DNA from: Centroscyllium fabricii
Taxonomy: Eukaryota
DNA length: 64,000 nt
Direction of reading: 5' to 3'
NCBI GenBank assembly: GCA_051313645.2
Contig: JBNRSN020000001.1
Span: 73,346,001-73,410,000, forward strand
A model generated the notes under the pieces. It ran no database searches. It saw only the letters and a list, made by a program, of their open reading frames with translations, and was not told where the DNA came from. Each line of letters opens with the position of its first letter. Position 1 is the stretch's first letter. This document shows, one piece after another, positions 1 to 11,269 of the stretch. The translations under genes were made by a program, and so were the position numbers.

Positions 1-723
1 CTGCGAGCGCACCAGAGCTTAAACCCGCAGGAAGCAGCCGGAGCGCACGCTTCGTGTTTTCCTGTGCCGCCCAGCGGGGAGGTCGCTGCTTCCTGCGAGG
101 TCCAGCGCAGGAAGCAGCGAACTACGGGATTATCCAGTCTTTCCGATATTTTTTTAAAGTTTTTCTACGGACCAAGAGCAGAAAATTCCACGCTGGAAAA
201 TAGGAGTCGTAAACACCCGTTTTTATCTGGTAAGTGTGTATTTTATTGATTTTAATTGTTGTTTTTTCAGGTTTTTAAATTGTTGATAACTTTAAAGACA
301 GGTAAGTATTTTTTTAGACCTGTTGGAAGTGGAAAACAAATTATGCAAATTTTTATTTTTTCTTTAAAATAGGTTATTTGTGTTAGTTGGGGTAATGTTT
401 AAAAAATGTGGTGTTTGTAAAATTTTATTTTTGTGTTTAGATGTCTTTTGGGAATCTCTCTTTTCAAAACTCGCACAGATTTCTCAGTGGAAGTTTTGAA
501 CGGAGAATTGCTTCCACTGATTGGCTCCCTGCCAATCACGTGGTCTCAAAAGCCACCTCGCACTAATTACGCCCTTCAGATGCCCATCAAACTCGCACGG
601 AGCTCTGACAGGCTGGGCTAATGGGAATTTCTCAGTGCAAAAAAGCAAAACTGAATATGGGCAATTAAAGTGCGTTAAGCAGGTACTGCACCCGCACGAA
701 GGCTCCACTGCAATTTCTGGGCC
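1..723. mobile_element. Probable right part of a Harbinger-like non-autonomous element
   Basis: Ends in GCAATTTCTGGGCC, which resembles the Harbinger-type termini here. The other end is outside the window. Confidence 0.35.
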
Positions 724-1146
724 ATTGAATTCCGTTTCACAGTTTGCCATGGTGGAATTTTAACACTCAACCTCCAGCTGCCAGCCCAGGTTAATAGCCA
801 CTGCAGCACTGTAACATGCATTTTGTGACATACTTGTCTGATGAAAGAATGCTGTGCTTTTTACTTAGCTGAAAGCACAAAATCCAGATCATTTGGTCCA
901 TAAAATTATTGGAAAAGCTTATTTTCCTACAGTATTTCCAGCTCTCAAAATGAAACATACTGAACGATATACTTTATTACACAATTGTCTTACAATTACT
1001 TAGCTCAATTATGTTTCACCTGGTGTGTGGAAAAGGATAGAGGAGTTGAAAGAGTTCAGAAAGTGCAAGCCCCCTTTTAGCATAAATCATTTGCCAAGCG
1101 ACTCTTTGTTTTGGGTTTATTTTTGGAGTGCCTGTTCATGGTAAGA

Positions 1147-1628
1147 CAGGTTGAGCACCGATAATGCATTACCCGAAACGCCGGCAACTTCAGTCTTCCG
1201 GAACAAATTGCCCCGACTGCACTGCGCATGCGCAAAATGGCAGCCGCGAACGAGGCTTCGGCGAATGATCTGCGCCTGCGCCGCCGAACGGCGAGCGCAT
1301 GCGCAGATCATTCAAAACGGCTGCCGGATGAGCCGGGCCTTCCGTGGCGTCAGGGCGCGGCAGCTCGCGCCGCGTTTTGAATGTGCGACTTCCGAGCGCT
1401 CGCCATGGTGAAGCGCGCGGTTCCCCGGAGCAGCCTGCAGGCCGTCATCAGGAGGCACAAACTGCAGCTGGGACTCAGCAAGGATGTTCGGCGGCCATTT
1501 GCAATGTTGTGCGCATGCGCGCGGCCATTTTGAATGGTGCGCGACTGACCGACTTCATTCTGCCGTTTTTTTCACTTTCCCGGCACGGGCCTGGTCCCGC
1601 CCGTGCCGGATTACCGGTGTTCAACCTG
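1147..1628. mobile_element. pogo/Tigger-type MITE
   Basis: TIRs CAGGTTGAGCACCG and CGGTGTTCAACCTG, with TA on the right flank. Confidence 0.75.
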
Positions 1629-1846
1629 TACTGTAGGAGAGTGAGATTTCCTAGCAAATGAGGGAGCCGACACGGAGGATCAATTTAAACGAGGCCTTTT
1701 ACTAACTCCAACACAACACTGAAGAGAAAAGCCCGCGAATCACGTGATGACGTCATTGCGTTGTATCACGCGAGGTCCGTTTTCCCTCGCTCTTAAAGGG
1801 GAGGGGAGACAAACATTAAAGGCAATTATACATAGTGTTTCGATAT

Positions 1847-2156
1847 GGGCGGCACGGTGGCATAGTGGTTTGCACTGTTGCCTTACAGCACTGGAGACCC
1901 GGGTTCAAATCCGGCCTTGGGTACTATCTGTGTGGAGTTTGCACATTCTCCCCGTGTCTGCGTGGGTTTCCTCCGGGCGCTCCGGTTTCCTCCCACAGTC
2001 CAAAGATGTGCGGATTAGGTTGATTAGCCAGGATAAATTGACCCTTAGTGTTTGGGGGGATTGAATATGTGGGTTTACGGGGATAGGGTGGGATATGTGT
2101 CGGTGCAGGCTCGATGGGCCGAAATGGCCTCTATCTGCACTGTAGGGATTCTATGA
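1847..2156 (+). mobile_element. tRNA-derived V-SINE (HE1-like), short-tail type
   Basis: A box TGGCATAGTGG, B box GGTTCAAATCC, conserved central domain. Confidence 0.88.
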
Positions 2157-2728
2157 TATACCAGCATTTACAATATGATGTGGAACTGCCACAATACAAA
2201 CATATCGCAGCCAAGTTGGAAGAATCCTGAAGATTTTTTCCCAAATTGGGGCACTTTCTACAGTCTATCAATTCCTATTGGTTGGGTGGGAAGATCTAAC
2301 TGCTGCCATAAAAGGTGGGTTCAGAATCAGAAAGAGCCCATTCGGCCCTTCACCCGATGCTGGTTGCTAACTATTCAGCTTGAGCGGTCTATTCGAATCC
2401 CATTGCCCTGCCCTTTCTCCGTATCCTTTCAGATACTTATCCAATTCCCCTTTAATCGATAGTGGATTAATCTCCTTTCTCTGTGTTGCTTTGCTGCAAC
2501 AGGGGAAATGGCCTGAACTTTGCTTGTGCTAAGGAATATCAGAAGTCAGAGATTGGGCACTTGTTCACGGAGCACAGAACATAATTCTTCAGATTTTATG
2601 AGGAGGCCTGAATGATTGAGCATTGAATATGATGCTCATGGTGAGACACCTTCACCAAAAGAAACTCACACTGTAATATATTTGCTAGCTATCTGGTCGA
2701 TCAATTCTTTCAGCTCATACTCTCATTT

Positions 2729-3498
2729 CAGATTATTATTAGAACGGCAATGGATTGGGAGATGGGGATGTGCAAAGAGATTTGGGTGTTTTTGTGCACC
2801 AGTCACTGAAGGTGAGCATGCGGGTGCAGCAGGCGGTTAAAAAGGCAAATGGTATGTTGGCCTTTATATCAAGAGGGTTTGAGTATAGGAATAGGGATGT
2901 CTTGCTGCAGCTGTACAGGGCCTTGGTGAGGCCACACCTTGAGTATTGTGTGCAGTTTTGGTCGCCTCATCTGAGGAAGGATGTTCTTGCCATGGAGGGA
3001 GTGCAGCGAAGATTCACCAGGCTGATACCTGGGATGGCAGGAATGACTTATGAGGAGAGATTGTGTAGTCTGGGCTTATACTCACTGGAGTTTAGAAGAT
3101 TAAGAGGGGATCTCATAGAGACTTATAAAATTCTGTCAGGCCTGGACAGGTTAGATGCAGAAAGGATGTTTCCGATGGCCGGGGAGTCGAGAACCAGGGG
3201 GCATAGTCTAAGGATAAGGGGTTAGCCATTTGGGACTGAGATGAGGAGGAAATTCTTCACACAGAGTGGTGAACCTGTGGAATTCTTTGCCACAGAGGGC
3301 GGTGGAGGCCGGTTCATTGAATATATTCAAGAGGGAACTGGATATATTTCTTCAGGCTAAAGGGATTAAGGGATATGGGGAGAAGGCAGGGACGGGGTAC
3401 TGAACTTGTAAGATCAGCCATGATCTCGTAGAATGGCGGAGCAGGCTCGAAGGGCCGAATGGCCTACTCCTGCTCCTATCTTCTATGTTTCTATGTTT
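2729..3498 (+). mobile_element. CR1 3' fragment
   Basis: LYRALVRPHLEYCVQFWSP motif; (TTCTATGT)n tail. Confidence 0.92.
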
Positions 3499-3749
3499 CA
3501 CTAGTGGGCTGCCTTTCCTCTGTAAGCTTGACACACCCTGTCACCTTTAGGAATTCAATGCATCAAGTTAAAAATAAACTAATTAAGTCCTGTGCTTCCG
3601 GTGGACGAACTGTGCTTGAAGGGCTACAGCCCTTCAGAGCATGTTTACCCCCAGCTGCATAGCTTGCTGAATTTACTCTATAATGTTCCATTAAAAGAAC
3701 ACTGTAGCAATCGCAACATGTACCGTGTGCTCATGGCCTCCAAGCTCAC

Positions 3750-3877
3750 CTGTATAATGATGGGTCTTTTTTCAGTGTATCGATACTGACATGTTGTTCC
3801 ATAAGGCTGTACAACAGGATGGGAAGAGAGGTGAAGCTGATGTTGTACAATGTAAGGTAGGCAGTGTCATACAATGG
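3750..3877 (-). CDS. ATP11A: ATP11A internal exon (128 bp), [42 protein letters not shown](R) (TM6 region)
   Basis: Manual translation; ttacag and gtgagc splice sites; YNISFTSLP motif. Confidence 0.95.
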
Positions 3878-4063
3878 CTGTAAAGGAAGACATTTTCAAT
3901 TATTTTGTATATTTCCAAAATATCAATATAAAAGGCTAACCTGCACTCCCAGCAGGGGCGGTGGGCACAGAGAGCACGGGTTGGAGATCGGGACGTAAGT
4001 GTTGTAGCCTTATCTCTGACCCAGCCTCCCTATCAGCATGCCTCATCACCAGGAGGACACAAT

Positions 4064-4640
4064 TCATAGAATGGTTACAGCACAGGAGGCCGCCATTTGG
4101 CCCGTTGAGCCCGTGCCGGCTCTCTGCAAGAGCACTTCAGCGAGTCCCACTCCCCCCGCCCTTTCCCTGTAGCCCTGCAAATTTTTCTCTTTCAGGTACT
4201 TATCCAATTCCCTTTTGAAAGCCGCGATTGAGTCTGCCTCCACCACCCTTTCAGGCAGTGCATTCCAGATCCTAACCACTCGCTGCGTAAAAAGGTTTTT
4301 CCTTACATCACCTTCCGTTCTTTTGCCAATCACCTTAAATCTGTGTCCTCTGGTTCCCAACCCTTCTGCCAATGGAACAGTGTCTCCCTATCTACTCTGC
4401 CCACATCCCTCATGACTTTGAACACATCTATCAAATCTCCTCTCAATTTTCTCTGCTCTAAGGAGAACAACTCCAGCTTCTCCAGTCTCTCCACATAACT
4501 GAATTCCTTCATCCCTGGAATCATTCACGTAAATCTTTTCTCCACCCTCGCAAAGGCCTTCGCATCCTTCCTAAAGTGCGGTGCCCAGAATTGGACACAA
4601 TACTCCAGTTGAGGCTGAACCAGTGATTAATACAGGTTCA
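4064..4640 (-). mobile_element. CR1 3' fragment
   Basis: RGHRFK and FTQRVV C-terminal motifs. Confidence 0.88.
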
Positions 4641-6210
4641 CCGGCGGCAGTGGAGAGGGCAGCCCTGGGTGGAGGCTGAGCACGGAGACCGAGGAGTTAA
4701 AGAGCGGGGAGAGAGTGGCCCGGACTCACCAGCGGCAGCAGAGAGAGCGGCCCTGGGTGGAGGCTGAGCACTGAGACCGAGGAGTTAAAGAGCGGGGAGA
4801 GAGAGAGCGGCCCAGACTCACCGGCGGCAGCAGCGAGAAGTAAAAAGTAATCGAAGTGTGACGTCACCAGAAAGCAAGTAATTGATTGGTTGGTGAGTAT
4901 TTCTCTCTTTCCCACTTATTTCCAAACTCAAATTTTGGGGTTTATAGTTTGTAGGGTCTCTGTTGTGTAGCGGGGAGTGGTTGTAAGCAAGGGCCCTTGA
5001 GTATATCATTTAATTGTAGTGTAATTAGTGGTATTGATTTGTTTTAATTTGAATTAATTAAAGAGTAAGTTGTGGCAACACAGCTCGGCCCTGTGGCATA
5101 CTCCTCCTGCGCTATGTGGGAAATCAGGGACACTTCCTGTGTCCGTGACGACCATGTATGCGGGAAGTGTATCCACCTGCAGCTACTGACAGACCGCATT
5201 GCGGCGCTGGAGCTGCAAATGGATACATACCGGAGCATTTGCAATGCTGAGAACATCGTGGATAGCACGTTTAGGGAGTTGGTCACACCACAGGTAAAGG
5301 CTGTACAGGCAGGAAGGGAATGGGTGACCACCAGGCAGAGTAGTAGGTGCAGGCAGGGAGTGCAGGGGTCCCCTGTGACCATCCCCCTCTCAAATAGATA
5401 TACCACTTTGGATATTGTTGAGGGAGATGGCTTATCGGGGGAAGGCAGCAGCAGCCAACTTCCTGGCACCATGGGTGGTCCTGCTGCACAGGACGGGAGG
5501 AAAAAGAATAGGAGAGCTGCAGTGATAGGGGATTCTATTGTAAGGGGAATAGATAGGCGTTTCTGCGGCCGCAAACGAGACTCCAGGAATGGTATGTTGC
5601 CTCTCTGGTGCAAGGGTCAAGGATGTCTCGGGGTGGCTGCAGGGCATTCTGGAGGGGGAAAGTGAACAGCCAGTTGTCGTGGTGCATTATGTACCAACGA
5701 TATAGGTAAAATACGGGAGTTTATCCTAAAAGCTGAATATAGGGAGTTAGGAGGTAAATTAAAAAATAGGACCTCAAAGGTAGTAATCTCAGGATTGCTA
5801 CCAGTGCCACGTGCTGGACAGAGCAGAAATGGAAGGATAATTCAGATGAATACATGGCTAGAGGAATGGTGCAAGGGGGTGGGATTCAAATTCCTGGGAC
5901 ACTGGAACTGGTTCTGTGGGAGGTGAGACCAGTACAAACTGGACGGTTTGCACCTGGGCAGGGCCGGGACCGATGTTTTAGGGGCAGTGTTTGCTGGTGC
6001 TGTTGGGGAGGGTTTAAACTAAAATGGCAGGGGGTTGGGAACCTGTGCAGGGAGACAGAGGAAAGGGAAGCAAGGATAGAAACAAAAGACAGGAAGGAGA
6101 AAAACAAAGTTGGAAGGCAGAGAAATCAAGGGTGTAAAACAAACAGGGCCACAGTAAATAATAATTCTAAAAGGACTAAGAGTGTTAAAAAATCAAGCCT
6201 AAAGGCTTTG
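4640..6210 (+). mobile_element. CR1 5' UTR (tandem repeat of about 75 bp) plus frameshifted ORF1 (zinc finger and esterase)
   Basis: ORF 5072-5665 with CGKC and VIGDSIVRG; homologous to 52212-53160; cut by the Harbinger. Confidence 0.9.
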
Positions 6211-6570
6211 GGGGAGAAATTCAGTATCGCCCTGTTTGGGACGCCGTTATCGGCCATGCGCAAAGTTTAGTGCCTGGCGCTAATTATCACCTCCGATGGC
6301 AAAATTGGCTTTTATCGCCCCTGGAGGTGATTGGAGCGCTAAATCAGGTGCTGCACACCTCTCTTAAGGCGCTAAGGCCGAGGAGCGAGGCGCTACCTCA
6401 GAGCACGGGCGCAGCGCAAGTGCAATCAGTTACCGATTGAACACAGACACACTGGCGCCGGTCAGTTCTTAAAGGGGAGGGTCGATCTTGCTCTCCAGCC
6501 ACACCCTGCTCAGTGGAGCCTTGAATCTCGACCTGGACAGACCGGTGGCTAAATCCTCCAGCCAAGGACA

Positions 6571-8652
6571 ATGGAGAGGGCCAGAGAGTGAGTACAGCGC
6601 TTCACCGAGTGGGCCTTGGAGGCTCTGGTTGGCGCGGTGGAGCACAGAAGATCTATCCTGTGCCCAGAGAGAGGCAGGAGGCCTTTGCAACGCGAGTACA
6701 GAAGAGTGTGGAGAGAGGTGGCTCAGAGTGTCTCCTCAAGGAGCATGGTGCCCAGGACCCATCAGTAACGCAGAAATAAGTTCAACAGTCATCAGGGTGA
6801 GTGGCGTTTTTTCAAAACCTCTCCATCCCTTCATCTCAACCTCACTCTATGGCCAGACTGTCTTAAAAGCTCCAATGCCCAACACTCAGCCAACACCTAT
6901 GGCCACACTTTGCATACAGTAAGGGCTATTCAACTATGGGAGGCACATCAGGCAAGACCATGGCTGCACATTTACTCAGATGACACCCTTTTTCTTGCAG
7001 GCCAAGCTATTTCATGATAGGAGACAGCAGCAATGGACGGGTGGAGGGCGGCCTCAGCTGCAACCCCTCAGCGATCTTGAGGTGCGCGTCCAGACGATTG
7101 TGGCAAGCCGGGTGATCGGTCCAGTCACCACTGGAGAGGCCGGCCCCATTCTGGACAGCAATGGTAAGGTCATCACCTTTTTGTCCTCTCTCCTTCCACT
7201 TATCCCTCAGAACATCAGCCTTTGACACTTTCAATCCAACTCACGAAATCACCGCACTCATTCCTCCCTTGCTGCCACCCTGTCCTCACGCTAAAGCCAC
7301 TCTTGTACCTCCCTGCTTTCAGATGGTGATTCACCAGCTGAGGAGACGGGCCCTCAAGCTGCCAGTGGGAGTGAAGCTGAAGGCGAGGAGGAAGAGGAAG
7401 CCGGGACATCAGTGCCACCCTCTCCCGAGGAAGCCCATGCCCACACTGAGAACACGCCTTCCCTGGAGGGGAGCGGAGGGGGGGGGGGGCGGGGAAGGGG
7501 CTGATGAAGGTTAAGCTCCAGGACCCAGCGGGCTGCAGCAACGCGATGGGGGTAGGGAGGCTCAGGGACCTTCTCCCCGGAGGGAGAGTAGGCCAGCGAC
7601 TCCTGCTGCACTGGACGCAGAGGAGGAGCGGCTCATCGCTGAAATGAACACCCAGGTGGTGCACAGGCACACTGAGCTCATGGGTGCAGTGGGAAGGGTG
7701 CCCGAATGCATTGAATCACTGGCAAGGAGTGTGGAGCACTTCGCTGCAGCACAGGCGGATGCCACACAAATGCTTAGTGCTGCAATGCAGTCACTGGTTG
7801 CCATGACCCCATCTCAGGGGGCAGCACGGTGGCATAGTGGTTAGCACTGTTGCCTTACAGCACTAGAGACCCGGGTTCAAATCGAGCCTCGGGTACTATC
7901 TGTGTGGAGTTTGCACATTCTCCCCATGTCTGCGTGGGTTTCCTCCGGGTGCTCCGGTTTCCTCCCACAGTCCAAAGATGTGCGGATTAGGTTGATTGGC
8001 CAGGATAAATTGACCCTTAGTGTTAGGGGGATTGAATGTGTGGGGTTACGGGGATAGGGTGGGATATGTGTCAGTGCAGTTTCGATAGGGATCGAGGGAT
8101 ATGGGGACAAGGTAGGGACAGGGTGCTGGGTTTGGATGATCAGCCATGATCTCATTGAATGGCGGAGCAGGCTCGAAGGGCCGAATGGCCTACTCCTGCT
8201 CCTATCTTCTATGTTTCTATGCTCCCATGCAGACTCAGATTGAGGCCACGCGAACACTGACTGCTGCCATCCTTGCTGGTTTGGACACATTTCTTGGGGG
8301 CTCTCACCGTGCCGCAGAAGGCCAGCAATCTGTGCTCGAGCAGATTGCTCCGGATGCTGAAGTGCTGCACCGTGGGAGTACCAGTATGTTGGTTCAGCAG
8401 GGAGGTGCAGTCCTCTCTCAGGATGACAGCATTCCTGCTGCCACCACTGTCACTTCTCCACTGCACTTGCCCCCGCCTGTAGGACAGACTGCTGCCGCCC
8501 ATGCAGAGTTGGTGCAGTCTGCAGCCGGACCCTCCAGGCCCAGAGCTGGTCGAGGCCGTCCTTCAAGGGCATCTGCAGTCTCAGATTGTGACATTCAGCA
8601 GCCTTCCACCAGCCTTGCTGCAGCCACTGGGGCACCATTACGGAGGAGCTGA
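6571..8652 (+). pseudogene. Harbinger Myb/SANT-like DNA-binding protein, three exons, with stops and a SINE insertion
   Basis: Manual translation gives RFTEWALEALVGAVEHRRSIL..VWREVAQSVS..RT..NKFN. GT-AG introns at about 6798-7000 and 7164-7322; exon 2 has the TGGG motif. Confidence 0.7.
7818..8221 (+). mobile_element. HE1-like V-SINE with a CR1-A tail
   Basis: A and B boxes, central domain, (TTCTATGT)n tail. Confidence 0.88.
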
Positions 8653-8934
8653 ATATAGGATGGGGGGGTGGGGGGGGGGAAGTGCGCAAGGGAAGGAGAT
8701 CACCCTCGAAGGGCAAAAAGTAGGAGGTATGACAAAATGTTGTTAATTTTTTAATTAAAGGTCGAGGTTCGTGGTCAAATTTTTTTTAATATACTGTTTT
8801 GGACATTGTCTCCAGGTTGAGAGAGCCAGTTACATTAATGACTCTTTATTTCTATGTTTCTTTCAATTAGTTTGTCATGTGGAAATGACAAACACAGAGT
8901 TTGTAAAATAAAAACGTTGTTGTATTCAAAATGT

Positions 8935-9319
8935 ACATAGAAACATAGAAAATAGGAGGAGTAGGCCATTCGGCCCTTTGAGCCTGCTCCGCCATTCAAT
9001 GAGATCATGGCTGATCATCCAAATCCAGTACCCTGTCCCTGCCTTGTCCCCATATCCCTATCGAGCCTGCACCGACACATATCCCACCCTATCCCCGTAA
9101 CCCCACATATTCAAACCCCCTAACACTAAGGGTCAATGTATCCTGGCCAATCAACCTAACCCGCACATCTTTGGACTGTGGGAGGAAACCGGAGCACCCG
9201 GAGGAAACCCACGCAGACACGGGGAGAATGTGCAAACTCCACACAGATTGTACCCGAGGCTGGATTTGAACCCGGGTCTCCAGTGCTGTGAGGCAACAGT
9301 GCTAACCACTGTGCCACCC
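8935..9319 (-). mobile_element. HE1-like V-SINE
   Basis: Same structure, reverse strand. Confidence 0.88.
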
Positions 9320-9580
9320 ACATAATCAATAACTTCAAAAGACTAGAAGTTGAGGAGTGAACTATAGGCTTTTATTAACTAAGACATGAGCATGCCCATG
9401 CTAGTCGACTGATCCCAGAATGAATGGGGGAGGGAGACAGTCACCTTTATACCTGGGTCCGAGGAGGAGGAGCCGCAGGCGGGGTCAGCACGGGCATGCC
9501 CGGACAAGCTACACATGAAAGGGCTCTGTACAGAACAGCAGACAACACACACAATGCAGATGGTTACATACATATATACA
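9320..9580 (-). mobile_element. Probable partial solo LTR
   Basis: AATAAAAGCC, TATAAA and CATTCATT arranged on the minus strand as in the other LTRs; ends and TSD not resolved. Confidence 0.5.
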
Positions 9581-9683
9581 TGTTTGGTCTTTGCAATCAT
9601 TGTTGCATTGACCGGCTTAAGGGTTGCGGGTTGGTTTCATTCAGGTTGTTCTCAATGGCAGAAGCCATTTCCTCAGAAGGGGC

Positions 9684-11127
9684 CTAGAAGCGGCTTGTTA
9701 TCAGCCGTTGACGGACGGCCCTTGCAGTTTCTACATTGTGGGCCTCCCTCCTGCCTTGGTGCTGCTGATGATCATCATCCTCCTCCTCTTCCTCCTCCTC
9801 CTCTGGTGGTGCTACAAGGCCTGGTGGCATTGGCTGGGTCCTGAGGATTGCCAGGTTATGCAGCATGCAGCACACAACGAAGTGGGAGACTCGCTCAGGC
9901 TACTTGTGGTAACCATATTATGTAATTGTTACCACTGTATTATTGTGCCAATAATGGGCTGTGCAGATGTAAGGCACAGCCCTGTAACCTGTGTAATACT
10001 GTTGGGCATAGCCCTGTAACCTGTGTAATACTGTTGGGAGCCAGGTCAGCCACACCTCTAACTCCTCCCCCAGGTGAGGCCCTTTATAGGTGGAAACTGA
10101 CCGAGGCTCCTCATTCCTGTACAGAAGTTCGTTCCGGAGGGTAGCTCCAAACTTAGCGATTAAAAGCCTTTAGTTACGGTAACTACTCGTCGACTCTTTT
10201 AATCGGAGATATTGACGATACGTCACTACTGCAGGGCTCCTCCAGAATGGTCCAGACAGCGGAACCGTTGCTTGAGCACGCTCAGCGATGTTCCTGGTAG
10301 CTTGACGGTTCTCATTGTACTGCAGCTCAGGAGGGGTGTTGGGCGTACGGAGCGGTGTCATCAGCCAGGTGCACAGAGGATATCCCTTGTCCCCGAGAAG
10401 CCAACCTCCTGGGTGATGCGGTGCCTGGAAAAGTTCTGCCACAGTAGTCTGGCGCAGGATGAAGGCACCATGGCTGCTGCCAGGATAGTGGGCATTGTCA
10501 GCGAGTATCAGCTGTCTGTGGTCACAGACCAACGGAACGTTTAAGGAATGGAAGCCCTTTCGGTTGCAGAAATCCTCGGCATTCTCACGCGGAGCACGCA
10601 AAGCCACATACGTGCAGTCAATAGCGCCCTGCACCATGGGGAAGGCCGCTATCCTCGCAAAGCCCATAGCGCATTCTTGCTGCTTGTCCGGGGTCATGGG
10701 GAAAGAGATGTACTCTCGTCTCCTTTTAAAGAGGGCATTTGTGACCTGACGGATGCAGCAATCCATCGCGAACTGGGAGATATTGGCGATGTCCCCAGTA
10801 GCTGATTGAAATGAGCTGGTGGCATAAAAGTTGAGAGCCACTGTTATCTTCTGCCACCGACAGAGACGTCCTGCTCCTCAGTTGAGGCTGCACATCTGGC
10901 TGCAGCAGGTGGCAGAGCTCAGTGACCACCTCCTTGCTGAAGCGCAGCCTTCGCAGACACTGCTCCTCAGACATATTAATGTAGGAGAATTGTTGGTGAA
11001 ATACCCTGGGAGGGTAAGGTCTCCTGTACAGGGGCCTGTTGGCCCTCCTCCCTCTGGCCACGAATGCCACTCGCTCACTGCATCTCTGTGCCCTCCGAAT
11101 CTGATGGCGCAGGACGACGCCCCCCAT
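9684..11127 (-). pseudogene. Harbinger DDE transposase (HARBI1-like), frameshifted and interrupted by an LTR
   Basis: Motifs VQGAIDCT, NRKGFHSLNV, YPGSSH, WLLGDKGYP and CCMLHN across ORFs 10726-11127, 10170-10841 and 9684-9875. Confidence 0.9.
9905..10225 (+). mobile_element. Solo LTR of the 59967 Gypsy family, inserted into the Harbinger transposase
   Basis: Near-identical to 59967-60256 apart from an internal duplication of about 30 bp; TSD CTACT at 9900-9904 and 10226-10230. Confidence 0.93.
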
Positions 11128-11269
11128 TCACTGCAGCCCCCATTGTATCTTGGCGCGCAAAGTAATGAAGGTCAAAAACCAAAGTACCTGCAATGTTATG
11201 GTCAGAAACCTAAACTACCTCAGACAGTGTTGACTCTCAAAATCTCTCTCTCTCTCTGTGAAATTAAGC

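Larger units (their letters stand above)
6211..11250. mobile_element. Decayed autonomous-type PIF/Harbinger transposon with convergent Myb/SANT and transposase genes; one terminus visible
   Basis: Starts GGGGAGAAATTC where a CR1 is abruptly cut, and contains both Harbinger genes. No right TIR found. Confidence 0.85.

Noticed and set aside
1847-1920. tRNA gene
   Set aside because: A tRNA-like SINE head repeated many times in the window and joined to a SINE body.
1-3700. Next downstream ATP11A exon (TM7 region)
   Set aside because: No matching translation was found by eye; presumed to be outside the window.
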